Counted from the first letter of the stretch, positions 14,898-28,140 are shown. The stretch is DNA of 64,000 nucleotides from Malacoraja senta (GCA_038087875.1 CM075988.1:19904001-19968000), one strand, 5' to 3'. The notes: a model not told the origin generated them from the letters alone. A program made the numbers and translations.

Positions 14898-15780
14898 GTA
14901 GAAACAAGGAACTGCAGATGCTGGATTACAAAAAAATGACACAAACTGCTGAAGTAACTCAGCAGGTCAGGCAGCCTCTCTAGAGAACATGGATAGGTGA
15001 TGCCTAGGGTTGGGACCCTTCTTCAAACTGACAGTGTTGAGGGGTGGGGGAAGAAGCTGGAATAGGACAGGGGCCGACCAAAGCCAGACAGGTAATAGGT
15101 GGATACCAATGAGGACTTTTTTTTGACAGGCAGATGGTTGGACAAATGCCAGAGATGTTGAGATGAAGATATGAGATGCTGTTCCTCCAGTTTGCATGTG
15201 GCCTTACTCTGGCAATGGAAGAGGCCCATGCCAGAAAGGTCAGTATGGGGATTGGAAGTTAAAATGGTTAACAACTGGGAGATCCAATGGGCCTTCGTGG
15301 ACCAAGTGCAATTGTTCAGCTAAATGGTCGTCGAGTCTACATTTGGTCTCACTGATGCACAGGAGGCCACATCAGGAACACTGGATGCAGCAGATGAGAT
15401 TATATGTGATGCACGTGAACTCCTCATTCTCTCTGGAAGGACTGTTGGGGTCTCTGGATGGAGGTGAGGGGGTAGGTATAGGGATAGGTGTTACATCTCC
15501 TGCGGTTGCAGGGGAAAGTACTTGGGGAGGGGGTGGTTTGGAAAGAAGGGATGAGTGTACCTAGGAGTTATGGAGCGATGCGGAAAGGGGGGAGGATGGG
15601 AAGATGTGACTGGTGCTGGCATCACTATGTAGGTGACAGTACTGTTGGATGTGGAGGTTATTGGGGTGAGAGGTGAGGACCAGGTAACTCTATCCCTTGT
15701 TCCATCTGGGGGGAAGGGGCGTGAAAGCAGAACTACGGAACAAGGAGGAGATATGGGTGAGAGATTCATGACAGAAGGGG
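14898..15780 (-). mobile_element. Penelope-like element 3' half: GIY-YIG endonuclease plus 3' end, decayed
   Basis: Minus strand reads FTCITYNLICCIQCS*CGLLCISETKCRLDDHLAEQLHLV (GIY-YIG-like, cf. NLIYCI..C..C...YIGET), then KLEEQHLI, then the terminal segment shared with the fold-back inserts. Confidence 0.8.
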
Positions 15781-15794
15781 ATTACACCACGATT

Positions 15795-16080
15795 ACTATC
15801 TCCGCTACATCATCGACTGCATCGGGGCTGCCTTCCACATAACCCATTGATTTCATTAACTTTACCACTAACTTCCACCCTGCTCTCGAATTCACATGGA
15901 CTATCTCTGACACCTCTCTCACCTTTCTTGATCTCTCTGTCTCCATTATGGGGAACATATTATCAACTGACATCAATGAGAAACCCATCAACACCCAGTT
16001 TCCTGGCCTGCACCTTATCTCACACTGCCACTTGCAAAGGCGCTATCCTGTACTCCCAGTTTCTGTGTCTCAGCCGCATT
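15795..16080 (+). mobile_element. Penelope-like RT fragment, inverted relative to the adjacent 3' half
   Basis: LRYIIDCIGAA (decayed RYIDD) and FINFTTNFHPALEFTWTISDTSLTFLDLSVSI, typical of the PLE RT C-terminal region. Confidence 0.8.
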
Positions 16081-16084
16081 GATG

Positions 16085-17462
16085 TGAGCACTGATGTGTC
16101 ATCTCCAGCCCCCATAGGTCCCGATGCTATTGTAATCACAGTCACCAAGGTCGATGTCAGAAGATCCTTCAGGAGGGGGATCCTTCAGCGGGTGTCTGGA
16201 CCTGATGGTGTACCTGGTCATGTTCTCAAATCCTGCATGGACCAACTGGTTGGACGTTTATGGACATCTTCAACCTTTCATTACTGTCTGTGGTTTCCAC
16301 CTGCTCTGAAAGGGCTTTAATAATACCAGTTCCCATGAAGATTAAGGTGACATGTCTCGGTGACTACCGACCAGTGGTACTAACATCCATGGTGATGAAG
16401 TGCTTTGAGAAGTTGGTGGTGGCACATATCAACTCCTATCTCAGCAAGATCCTGGACCAACTACGATTTGCCGACCACCCCAATAGATCAACGGGGGATG
16501 CAATCTCGCTGGCTCACCACTCAGCACTGGACCACGGATAATAAAAAGATATGCAGCAGGCTGTGGTTCATAGACTACAGTTCAGTACCATCATCCCCTC
16601 CAAACCTGTTACCAAGCTCATGGAAGAAGGTCTCTGCACATCCCTTTGCAACTCGATTCTTCGACTTCCTCATCAACAGAACAAAATCAGTAGAAAGTGA
16701 CAACAGCAACTCTTCCTCCTTGATAACCATCAGCACAGGGACACCTCCAGGCTGTGTGTTCAGCCCCCTGCTCTACTCAGTCTATACCCATGATTGTGTA
16801 GCCGGACACAGTTCCAATTTCATCTTTAAATTCGCTGACAACACCACCGTCATTGGATGAATTACGGATGATGATGAATCCATGTATAGGAGGGAGATCG
16901 ATCGTCTGATTGAGAGGTGACAGAACAACAACCTTACTCTCAAGATCAGCAAAACCAAGGAACTAATTGCTGACTTTAGAAGAGGATCCACAAACCTGTC
17001 TTCATCTACGAATCAAATGGTGGAGAGAGTCAACAACTTCAAGATCCTGGGCGTGCATATCTCTGAAGACCTCTCCTGGACCCAGCACATTGATGCAATC
17101 ATAAAGAAAGCCCAAAACACTTCTACTTCCATAGAATATTGAGGAGATTCGGTAGGTCGACAAATACTCTCTTGAACATCTACAGGTGTACGGCAAAGGC
17201 ATATTGACTGATTGCGGCCTGGTTTGGCAACTCAAATGCCCACGAACTAAGGAGATTACAAAGAGTGGTGAACACTGCCTGGTCCACTGACCTCCTCACC
17301 ATTGAATGGATCTATGAGTCGCTGTCTCGAAAAGGCAGCCAGCATCATCAAGGACCCATACCACCCTGGCTCTCATTTCACTCCTGCCATCAGGAAGATG
17401 GTTTCGGAGTCTGAAATCTGTAATGCACAGGTTCAGGAACTGCTTCTTCCAAACAACTATCA
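16085..17462 (+). mobile_element. Rex1/Babar LINE RT region, decayed
   Basis: GPDGVPG, DYRPVVLTSMVMKCFEKLV, STGTPPGCVFSPLLYSVYTHDC, KFADNTTVIG; frameshifts and stops. Confidence 0.88.
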
Positions 17463-19192
17463 TGTTTAGTGTTTAGTTTTAGAGATACAGCTTTGAAACA
17501 GGCCCGTTGACCCACTGAGTGGGTCAACCTCGATCACCCTATCAATTCCCCACATGATTTTATACACCTCTATAAGATCACCCCTCAGCCTTCAGAGTTC
17601 CAAGGAATAAAGTCATAGCTTACCAAATCTCTCACTATAGTTCATGCCCTTGAGTCCTGGCAATATCCTTGTAAAAGTATTTCATATTTTAATTGGATAC
17701 TAAAGATTCAGTTCCTCCTGAGATGTTTACATTCAAAAGTTAGAACTATGGCTTCTTAATTTGCCTCCAATTGATAGCTGACCACTCAATTTAAAGTTAC
17801 TTCAAATAATTTAATTTCATGGTTCATATTCAAAAAATAGCGTGAACTGCCAAGTTTTCCCAGAGAGCTCATTTAAGGCAATGCCGTTACATTAGGTAAA
17901 GCCAAAAGGTTTCTGTATGTTTGAGAAGTGTGCCTTCTCCCATAATAGCCGAGGAGCAAATCAATTCAGCTCTAACCAAGTACTATTTAATGTAAGTATG
18001 TAATGGGTCGCTTTCACCATAAATATTTTGTTGCATTTGAAGTTTGATAATTCTAGAATCATTACAAATTATATTGAAATCATGGACTTTAAAGAAAGCT
18101 TAAATAATGGAAATACAAATGACCACATTTTTCAGCTGCAAATTAGCTGCAGAGACACTGGGAATATATTAGGCTGAGGCTTTATGACCACTCTGAAATT
18201 GAACTAGAAAGCTGACAGAAAGAAGGAGCTATATGCACAGACGGAACACTAATCAAATTACAGATCATTACATTTGCCACATGGCAGAAGCCTATGAGAT
18301 TTGAATCCCAGCTAAATTTCAAGGAAAGTTCTCCTCTGTACATTATCTCAAATAAAGAACAGCAGTCTCTATTTTTCTTTCTTGTAGCAAGCAACAGACC
18401 TGCTAAGCTTCTGTTTAATTTCCCATGCAATGCAAGTTTAATTTCTCTGCAAAAATACAGGCACAATCATGGTTGATAATTAAACAGATTCCTATCAGTC
18501 GTGGTGGAGAGAAGCAGAAGGACTTCATGTTGGCAAAGACAACGTACAACTTCGTATTTAGAAAGTTAATACAATAAACTAGTGAGTTGCTGAGTGTTTC
18601 TGCCTGTCTTAATCAGCCTGAAACTTAACTGCCTTGTTATTTTGGGTAATAACATACTTTTCATGATTGTGACCCCCAACAGTTCCTGAGCAGTTAACCT
18701 TATCCTCTGATAGTAAATGAAGTTTTAATTGCATGACATCTGTCCACACAATCATAAATAGGTACAGATTAATAGGATTTGTCATTGTGCAGCAATTGTA
18801 AAGAGAGACACTGAATATTCCGTATAGCTTGTCTCAAAAAGAAAGAATTCTATTATCTCCAAAGCTATTCAGTATCGTAATGTATAAAAAACTTCCTTCA
18901 TTGTTCTTTTTGCTCAGTGGGAGACCTCATTTTGTCGATAATTGTATTCAAGTTAATTTATTAAATTTAAATGCAGTCAGTACAGATGCACATCAACTAT
19001 CGCATCACCAACTATAATCCTGCTGTCCTTGCCTACACGTCAATCAAGTTAATAAATGTGAGATATTAATCATTGTATCCTTGCTCATTCAGGGGATACT
19101 TCTGCTGTCCTGACATAATTCAATATCCTCATTCTGTGGAGATACAATCAATGAGATCAGTCTGTTGAGGGGTGCCAACCCAAAATGGCTTC

Positions 19193-19481
19193 TTAGTTTA
19201 AAGATACAGTGTGGAAACAGACCTTTCGGCCCACCACGTCCGCACCGATCAGTGATCTGCTATAAACTAGTTCTATCCTACACGCTAGGAACAATTTACC
19301 AGAAGCCAATTAATCTACAAATCTGCACATCTTTGGAATGTGGGAGGAAACCGGAGCATGTGCAAGTGCATGTGCAGGGAGAATGTGCAAGCTATGTACA
19401 ATCAGCACCCATAGTCAGAATCGAACCCGGTCATTGGCACTGTAAAGCAGCAATTCTACCATTACGCCACTGTGCTGTCCT
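19193..19481 (-). mobile_element. HE1-like V-SINE
   Basis: Reverse complement of the 693 copy, including B box (plus strand 'aatcgaacccg') and A box. Confidence 0.8.
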
Positions 19482-19599
19482 AAATTTGTCCATTCCTGCC
19501 ATGAATACTGCCTGAATCGCTGAGTTCCTGCAGCAGTTTGTGTTTCCCTCTCATTCTGAGACACTATCTTGTCCATTATTCCAAATCCCATCCAAAGAC

Positions 19600-19975
19600 G
19601 AGCTCAAAAGTGTAGCTGGGTGCTTCCAGTACGGTGCTGAAAGAGTGCTGCACCACTGGATATGTTGTCTTTCACTTGAGACATCATACAGAGATCTCAA
19701 CAACTCTCAAGTTGACTTTAAAGATCCCATGACACTGTTTTGAAGAAGAACATGATGTTAACTCCAGTGTTCTGGCCAAATATTTATCCCTCCTTCAACA
19801 TAGTTGAAAAGAATCACTTGCTGTCAGTGGGAGATTACTGAGCATGAATTATCTGCTGAGTATCCTATATCCCAAATAATTATGCTCAGAAAGTACTTTA
19901 TTGGCACTGAATGGCTTTGAAACTCCCTGAAAAGGATGTAGAAGACACCATAGAAATGTAAACCTTTCTTTTTCT
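19600..19975 (+). mobile_element. Ancient SacSINE1/DeuSINE-like relic
   Basis: 'gagtgctgcac...aaagatcccatgacactgttttgaagaaga...gtgttctggccaaatatttatccctc...aagtactttattggc...atagaaatgtaaacctttcttt' follows the recalled Deu-domain SINE order. Confidence 0.7.
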
Positions 19976-20675
19976 TTTGAATTCTCAGATTATGCTATAT
20001 GAAATTGAAAATATTACTATAATAGCATTTGACTAGCTTCATTACCACATTGTGAGCTTTAACCCACCAAAGGTATATCTGAAATACGATTGGATTTCAA
20101 AGTTAAATACTTAAATTCTTCTTTCACTTTCCCTCATTTACCATCCCCTTTCTATCTGGCCCGTTTCTTGCCTCGTCAATTAAAATTGGAACTACAGTTT
20201 TACTCATCTATTTATTTCATTGGTAAAATGTTCAATCTTCCACTTACATATAACATCCTGAGGATTGTTCTCAGGAGGACTCGGAGAGGATGTTCCTCCT
20301 GCTGGACTTTCTGGAACTGACGGTCACTGCTTAGAAATAAGTGGTCACCTATTTAAGACAGAAACAATGTCTATTGTCAGATGGTGCTGATAACAAGGTT
20401 TGGGTGTTTTTAAGTATGGTCAACATAAAAATGTATTATTTTAAGATCCTTATGTGTAAACACTTTTTTTCTCCACATTGAATCTAGCATGATATGAACC
20501 TCTGCTGAGAAATCAGGATTTGTTTTTACTCATTGTGTCCACAAATAATTTTCCATTTAATAGAACAGACATCTGCCCCTTCCTCTCCCAGTATTTATAA
20601 ATATTATTAATATTTATATATAAAATGTATTTAATATTTATTGGCCATTGTAAATTATTTCTGGTTTGTAGGTGA

Positions 20676-21126
20676 TGTAGTAGCCATTTAGCTTAACTCA
20701 GTATGTTATAACTATAACCAGTTACCTTTAAATTTTATCTGCCTGTAATTATGTGGGTGGGATTTATGCGTAGTCTGAGGCGTGTTTGCGGTTGGCATTC
20801 TTGCGCAGACTCCCTAGTAGTTAGTTTAGTTGGAAGAAGCATGGGGGAGAGGTCACAGCTTTCGACCATGCACGAGTATGGCCACGAGTAAGATTAAAAT
20901 GTACTTATACAAGAAGAAGTTTGGATGAATATCTTACTGTTTTTTACTACTACAATAAAGAAACTATTAATCAAGAGACTGTGTTTGGAAGTTGTATCTT
21001 TCGACGGCATTGAATGTCTCGTGGAGAGCTCTTGAGTGCGTTTCGATTATCTCCTGACCCTCCTGTCTTCAATCATAGTGACTAAAGGAAAGATTCTTTG
21101 AAACGATATAAAAATCTGTCACTACA
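20676..21126 (+). mobile_element. Probable solo LTR
   Basis: Bounded by TGTAGT...ACTACA (TG..CA, 6-bp inverted termini), internal AATAAA at 20954, retains CpGs, 451 bp; no clear TSD. Confidence 0.55.
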
Positions 21127-21194
21127 CTAAAGCCATAGCATCTGGGGGACTTTGATGCTAATGGGGGGGAAATAAAAATAATGGGATTAATGTG

Positions 21195-21760
21195 GGTTTG
21201 GCCACATTTGAAATGTTACAATATATTTGCAATCCTGGTCATTCATTACTGGAAGGATGTGAAGGCTTTGGAGAGGGTGCAAAGTTGTTTACCAGATTGA
21301 TGCTTAGATTGGATAGTATTAGCTATAAGGAGAGGTTGAACAAACTTGGTTTGTCTTCTCTGAAGCATCAGATGCTAAGGAGGTACCTGATAGAACTTTA
21401 TAAAATTATGAGGGTCACATAGAAGGTAGACAGTCAAAATTGTTTTCCCAGGTTCGAAATGCCAATGATTAAAGGGTATAGCTTTGTAAGAAGGGAAAAG
21501 TGAAAAGAGATGTGTGGGGCAAGCTTTTTACAGAGACAGTGATGGGTGCTTGGAACGTGCTACCAGGGGTGGTGCTTGACTCAGAATGATAGTAGCATTT
21601 TTAAGAGGTTTTTGGAGAGGCACATTGATATTCAGGGAATCAGGGATATGGATTAATGGACTACGTGCAGGCGGAGAGGATTAGTTTAACTTGAATCATG
21701 TTCAGCGTGGATATGTGGGCCAAAGGGTTTGGTTCTATGTCGTACTGTTCCACGTTGTAT
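21195..21760 (+). mobile_element. CR1 LINE 3' fragment, old
   Basis: FTRLM...SYKERLNKLGL...LIELYKIMR and CR1-type 3' UTR. Confidence 0.8.
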
Positions 21761-23544
21761 ATGGTGCCAATGTTGGGTTGATTGTTGCCACTGTCTTGGT
21801 GGACTGAACGATATTTTCTATGCTGTTCTTCTCTATGACTCTACCAAGAGGTGAGGAGAGGATTCAAAGATGACCACAGGCAGTTACAATCAAATTAGCC
21901 ATTATTCTGATGAATGGCAAAGTAAGCTTGAATGATCGAGTGATCCTACTGCATACGTTGAAGGGTACCTGTGTCTCTTTGCTAAGATTTTCTCCATTAT
22001 ACAGGTAGAAATTATTTTATTGATTGAATAATAAAACCAGGTTCTGCAGATTGACCTGGCAAATTAATGATCGCAATAATGTGTGGATTTGAATACATTT
22101 GACCACAGCTGAATGAAACATTTTGCCTGCTACTTCCATTCTTGACTGTAATTACTAATTGTGGACAATTTTATTTACAGACCAATAAGATACAAAACCT
22201 GGAACAAAAGGAGAACAAACAATGTGTTGGAGGATATGTTGAAGTGCCTCTTTACTTGCAATCAAGAAGGGTTGCTATGGATGTAATCCCAATTATTCAA
22301 TTTAAGTTATGCATCGGAAAGTAAAGAAACTCATTCAACCTGTCCCGGTAGTACCTGCAAACCAAAACAAATCCTATTGCCACGCTCCTTCCCAAAGCAC
22401 TGCACCTTTCCTTTAATCATCACCAACTAATCTCTTTGAAAATGAAATGGCTTTTCCATTAATCCCATCTTGTAAAAAAGCAATCTATGTTGCATTAATG
22501 CATTGACAAGAGGTGAAGGTTACCAATAAATTTCAACCAGCTGCAGGATTGAAGCCATAATCTCAGCACCATTCTGACTCTGTCATCTTTGAACTTGGGG
22601 AAAAGATGCCTATTATAGGAGGAATATGTTGCTGCGTCAAGAAATTCCTGAAGCAGCTTTAAACTTCTGTAACGCATTGAGTGATCAAAGCTTAACACGG
22701 TGAATTGAGTCATTTCTCTGTTGGTGTTCATGTTAAAATATAATAATGAAGAGAGCTTAGAATCTTCATGTCCAAATTCATGATTGATCTCCGCTGTTTA
22801 TCTGCAACATCTGACATTCCTAAAGATTCTGGCAATGCCCCTAGCTCAGCTGGCTCACTATTTCAAGCTTGCTCCTTCTTTTGCCCTCATTTTACACTGA
22901 TACTGTTTTTCCACAATTGGCATACAAAATAATGTGGTACAAAAAATAATGCATACATGTAAAAATCACTAGCATAAAATTTTACTTAAATGCTAACCTG
23001 AAATTTATGCTCACTTTACTGATTGCAAACCATTGGCATTTGAAAGTGGTATACCAAAATGGCAGGACTGTTTATAAGACAGGAATTTACAGCATTGAAA
23101 TGGGGAAATAATGTATTCTGAGTCAATATTCTGCTTAATATTGTAGCCACGAGCAGAATTTGTAACATATTTTACAACAACTAACATTAAAGCATATTAA
23201 ATATTAAAAACTGGAACCAAACATAAGTGGAAGAAATTGCAAATGCAAACAAAATAAGGCATTGGTCCTTAAAAATGCATAAATGTTATGTTTAACATTA
23301 CACTATAAACAGGTCCAGACTCCCTCTGTCACATCTGTCAATCTCCTATGAAATATGACTGCAGAAGGAAAAAAATACTGCACAGGATCCTGTCATAGTG
23401 AAGCAGAGCCAAAGAGACGTTAATGCAATTGCACATTATAACAGCGTAATAATTTTAATGCAAGAATAAACTATGATGCCCAATTACATTGTAAGATTTA
23501 CAATCTGAGTATGAAAAATAATTGGTGCAGAAAAATCAAGTCGG

Positions 23545-24225
23545 GGAAGCTATACAGCATGGAAACGGCCCTTCGGCCAAAGTAATGCATGCCGACCAAT
23601 ATGCCAAAATGAGCTTGTCTCACTTGCGGTGCCTGGCACTTATCCCTTCAAACTTTTCCTATCCATGTATCTATCCAAATGTGTTTTACAAGTTGTAATT
23701 TTATTCACCCCTACCATTTCCTCTGGCCACCCTCGTTATGGAAAAAGTTTTATCCACCCTCGTTATGGAAAAAGTTACCTCTTGGGTTTGTTTTAAATCT
23801 TTCTCTGCACACATGAAATCTATAACCTCTAGTTTTAGACTCCCCCCTCCTGGGGAGAAGACTGTTGTTATTCACCTCATCGATCCCCCTCATGATTTTA
23901 TAAACCTCTGTAAGGTCACTCCTCAGTGACCCAGCCTATTCAGCCTCTCCTAACAACTCAAACGTTCCAGACGAGGTAACATCATCCTTGATATTTTTTG
24001 CACCATTTCCACCTCAATTACATCCTTCCTGTAGCGGGATGACCAGAACTTACACAATACTCCACATGTGGATTTAGCAAAGTCTTGTATGGCTGTAACG
24101 TGACATCCCAACTCCCGTAATTTCACTGACCGAAAAAAGGTAAGCATGCCGAACAGCTTTGTCACCACCCTGTCCATCTGTGTCACCAGTTTCATGGAAT
24201 CATGAACCTGCACCCTTAGGTCTCA
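23545..24225 (-). mobile_element. CR1 LINE 3' fragment, old
   Basis: QVHDSMKLVTQMDRVV, FWSSRYRKDVIEVEMVQK, and 3' UTR tail. Confidence 0.8.
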
Positions 24226-25241
24226 CACTGCTTGCTGGAATCCACACACCAATCTTTCCAATACACAGCTCTCACAGAGTGTCAGGGGTTATGGGGAGAA
24301 AACAAGAGAAAGAGGTTGAGAGGGAAGGATAGACCAGCCAAGAACAAATGGCGGAATAGACTTGATAGGCCAAATGGCCTAATTCTGCTCCTATACCTTA
24401 TAAACATAAAAAGCTGATCAAATCCAGAAGCCTTGGCTACCTACTTGAATTAACGCAGGGCAGTCAGGAATAGATCCCTACAAATGATCTGGCAGAAGCT
24501 GGTGCTTTTGTAGTTTAGGTTACAGGCCCAATTGCATAAACAGATTCTGTTTTTAAAAAATGGTGCTGCTTGGAAAAGTCAATAGTGGCGTAAATAGCCT
24601 CGGAGATTACATTCAAAAATATGCTGACAGCGCAGGAGACTTAGCGATATATATTAAAGAGTGAGCAGAATGCATTACATACTGTAGGAAGATGATCTTC
24701 CTCAGACTACTGAATGATGTCTATTACAAAACATTTTTATGACATTGATAGTCATTTTTCATTAACTTTTACAGCATCACATCCCAAGTTATTCAACGCT
24801 GCTGCTCTTTTCATCATTTACATGCTGACTGACTGTTGGCAACTCCGAGGTCCATTTTTCTGTTGTTGATCTCCTTCCTACTGGATATCTTACGATAGAA
24901 ATGTGTCTAAAGCAGCCTTGGAAAGAGGTATATATGTCAATTATCTGCATTTGCAAATGCTTTTCATATGGTTTTCATGATTTCCTCTTCTCTTTCTGAA
25001 TGTCGTCAATCTGTCTCCCTGTAATGTTCGTAATCACATCCTTTGTGCATCATCGCTCATTATCCACTGAAAAGCTGCCTTCATAATTCTCACTCCAACC
25101 CACGCTGATTTTTTTAACTGAGGGATATTTTCTTCAAATCTTACTCTGTGTTTGTGCAAATGAATAGGTTAGTCTTGCTTCACAGATGTGTAAAAAGGAG
25201 TAAGTCTGGCACTATCCTGCAACAAAAAAGGATTATTTAAT

Positions 25242-25441
25242 ACAAAACACAAAGTGATGGAGGAACTTAGCAGTCAGGCAGCATCTCGGATGGAAATGGA
25301 CGAGTGACATTTCAGGTCAGGACCTTCTTCAAACCTGAAACGTCATCTGTCTATTTCCTCCAAAGATGCTGCTTGACTTATTGAGCTCCTCCAGCATGTG
25401 TGTTTTGCTCAAGATTCCAGCATCTGCAGTTCCTCGTGTCT
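25242..25441. mobile_element. Fold-back Penelope-end insertion
   Basis: Inverted arms around 'cttcttcaaacctgaaacgtca'; imperfect flanking repeat gattatttaat/gataatttaat. Confidence 0.7.
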
Positions 25442-26725
25442 AGAAGATAATTTAATCTTCAGATTGTTTACAAACCAACAAGCCTGCAGTTTATCAAGGG
25501 GTGAAATGTGAAGCTGCGGTATAATAAATAATATCTGACCGTCATGTAAAGTGCTGGATGATGGAACAAAAGAAAAAAGATTCTATTCAGCATATTGGAA
25601 AGTGTTAATACCCTACAGAGAGCTTTATCAGTCTGGTCACTGTTATGATCTAGGCAATGTACAGTATAAATATGTGCAGCAAATATAGCAATATGATATT
25701 CAATTGATAATTGGAAGAATGACGCTGATTGAGGAATATGAGTTGGCCTAGGATTCCAGTGACAACTCGCCTGCTCTTCTCAGAAATAGATTCCCTCATT
25801 TCCACCTGAGAGAGCAGGCACAGCCTTGCGATTAGATTACATTCCACAGCATCTTGTCCACATTGCACATTCTCCCTCTGTATGGGATGTCCTTCATATT
25901 GCACTGCACCTCCTCTGTGCTGTATTATATGCGGAACTACACCTCCCTCACACTGCACTGTGGAGAATGAAGAATTAATGCTGCAGTGCTATTTTGCTTG
26001 TGCTGCAGAAAATAACCTGCAGTCCTAAAAAAAAATGACTGGCTTATTATTAAACTTGATTGCATTTCCAGCTGAAACAAAGTATTCCGTGCATGATGCA
26101 GAACAGCAATACCCAAATGAGAAAAAAAACACAAAAGACAATTTCACACGATAAGGCTCTCTCACTGGAGAGATGAAAACTATTCAGCTGAGTGCAAGTG
26201 TCCATGAATCGCACCAACTTCTTTCAGATCAGGTCTTATACTCAGGACTTGACAACTTCTTCAGCTCTACTTAAGATTCCATTGTTCCCCATTTTCCTGC
26301 CGAATCTCACCCTTTAATCGGGCAAGGCAGAAGCGGAGTTCTCTGTTTCAGGATCCTGCTGTGTAAAGCAATAACACTCAAAATCATTTTCATTGGCATC
26401 AAATATTTTACTTTACCCCTTCACTCTATGCGGCAGTCTAATATATTTCTTCTTTCATTGCACAACCACTCCAATATTCTTATAAAACAATGTGACGTAG
26501 GAAACAGGAAGGGAAGGAGAGCAGTCAGCCCCCCGAGCTTGCCTGCTGTGGTTATGGGAGTAAGATTTAGATTTATATAGCCCCTGCACGTCCACTGTAA
26601 AACATCCTAAAGCGTAAAGGCTAGAAGCATACAGCACAGGGACAGGCATTTCAGCCCATGCTGAATGTGATGCCAAATTAAGCTAATCTATTCTGCCCGC
26701 ACATGATCCATATCCCTCCATATCC

Positions 26726-26950
26726 AAGGTACACAAAAATGCTGGAGAAACTCAGCGGGTGCAGCAGCATCTATGGAGCGAAGGAAATAGGCAACGTTTC
26801 GGGCCGAAACCCTTCTTCAGTCTGAAGAAGGGTTTCGGCCCGAAACTTTGCCTATTTCCTTCGCTCCATAGATGCTGCTGCACCCGCTGAGTTTCTCCAG
26901 CATTTTTGTGTACCTTCGATTTTCCAGCATCTGCAGTTCCTTCTTTAACA
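26726..26950. mobile_element. Young fold-back Penelope-end insertion with HHR-like motif
   Basis: Near-perfect ~95-bp inverted arms centred at ~26820; 13-bp TSD tccctccatatcc (26713-26725 / 26951-26963); inserted in an old CR1 tail. Confidence 0.88.
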
Positions 26951-27599
26951 TCCCTCCATATCCATGTGCCCATCTAAAAGATTCTTAAATGCCATATCGT
27001 ATCTACCTCCACCCGCACCCCTATAAGCGCGTTCTAGGCACTCACCGATCTCTGTGTAAGGCACATGGGGTACCAATGAGGTACCTTTGAACTATATCCA
27101 CCATTAAATGTAGGAATTGTGACACCTAAGTTGCATACAGCAATATTCCATATGGAGATAATGACCAAATGAACTATTTGTAATAATATTCTTCAAGGCA
27201 AATAAACTGAACAAACCTCCTGTGCTCTAAGTTCAAGGTCCCCAATCTTCAGGTGGCTTATATAGCTGCTTAGTATTGGTATTCTTTATTATTGTCAGAT
27301 GTATCGAGATACAGTGAAAAGTTTTTGTTTGTGTGCTATCCAGTCAAATTATACTATACATGAGTACAATCAAGACTTACACAAGTCCAAAGAGAACAAT
27401 ATGCAGAATATGGTGTTGCAGTGTTATAGTGTTGTGGTTTCAGATAAAAATTCCAACAACTAACTCAATGTACATTGTAGTATTATATTCTTTAAGCAGG
27501 CGATTAAATGCAACTTCGACAACTTTTTTGATGTGGCCAAATAACTCGGTGGAATTAAATACTTCAACTGACTAGAATATCACTGTATATTCAAACACC

Positions 27600-28140
27600 T
27601 TCAGAACATAGAACATTAGAATGCAGAAACAGGCCCTTTGGACCACCATGTCAATGCCAATCTTGATGCAAATCTCAATTAACCCATTGACTGGTATCGT
27701 TCCATTCTCCTAACTGTTAATGAGTCTGTCTAAATGCCTTAAATGCCACTACCGTATATGCTTTTACCACTTCCCCTGGCAGCGCGATCCAGCAACTCTC
27801 TGTGTAAAAAACGTACTTCACACATCTCCTTTACATCCCCACCCCACACCCGTCTCATCTTTAAGCTCCAGAGAAAACAATCCAAGTTGTCCAACCTCGC
27901 AATATATCTAATACACTACAATCCAGCCAACATCCTGGGGAAACTCTCTGGACCCTATCCAAAGCCTCCACGTCCTTCCTGTTGTGTGGTGACCAGAACT
28001 GCATACACTACTCCAAATATTGCCTAGTTTTATGCAACTGGAACAAGACTTGCCATCTTTTATACTCAATGTCCTGTCCCATGACGATAAACATGCTGTA
28101 TGCCTTCTTTACCACCATATCCAGTTGCAACATTTAGGGA
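27600..28140 (-). mobile_element. CR1 LINE 3' fragment, old
   Basis: Antisense CR1 ORF2 C-terminus ('gaccagaactgcatacactactccaaat') and tail 'agaacatagaaca'. Confidence 0.7.

Noticed and set aside
23728..23777. 23-bp tandem duplication ccaccctcgttatggaaaaagtt
   Set aside because: Local slippage within a dead CR1 fragment.
26726..26950. Fold-back elements as DNA-transposon MITEs or CRISPR-like repeats
   Set aside because: Variable 11-14 bp TSDs, asymmetric arms and continuity with a GIY-YIG PLE point to a retroelement; copies are dispersed, not arrayed.
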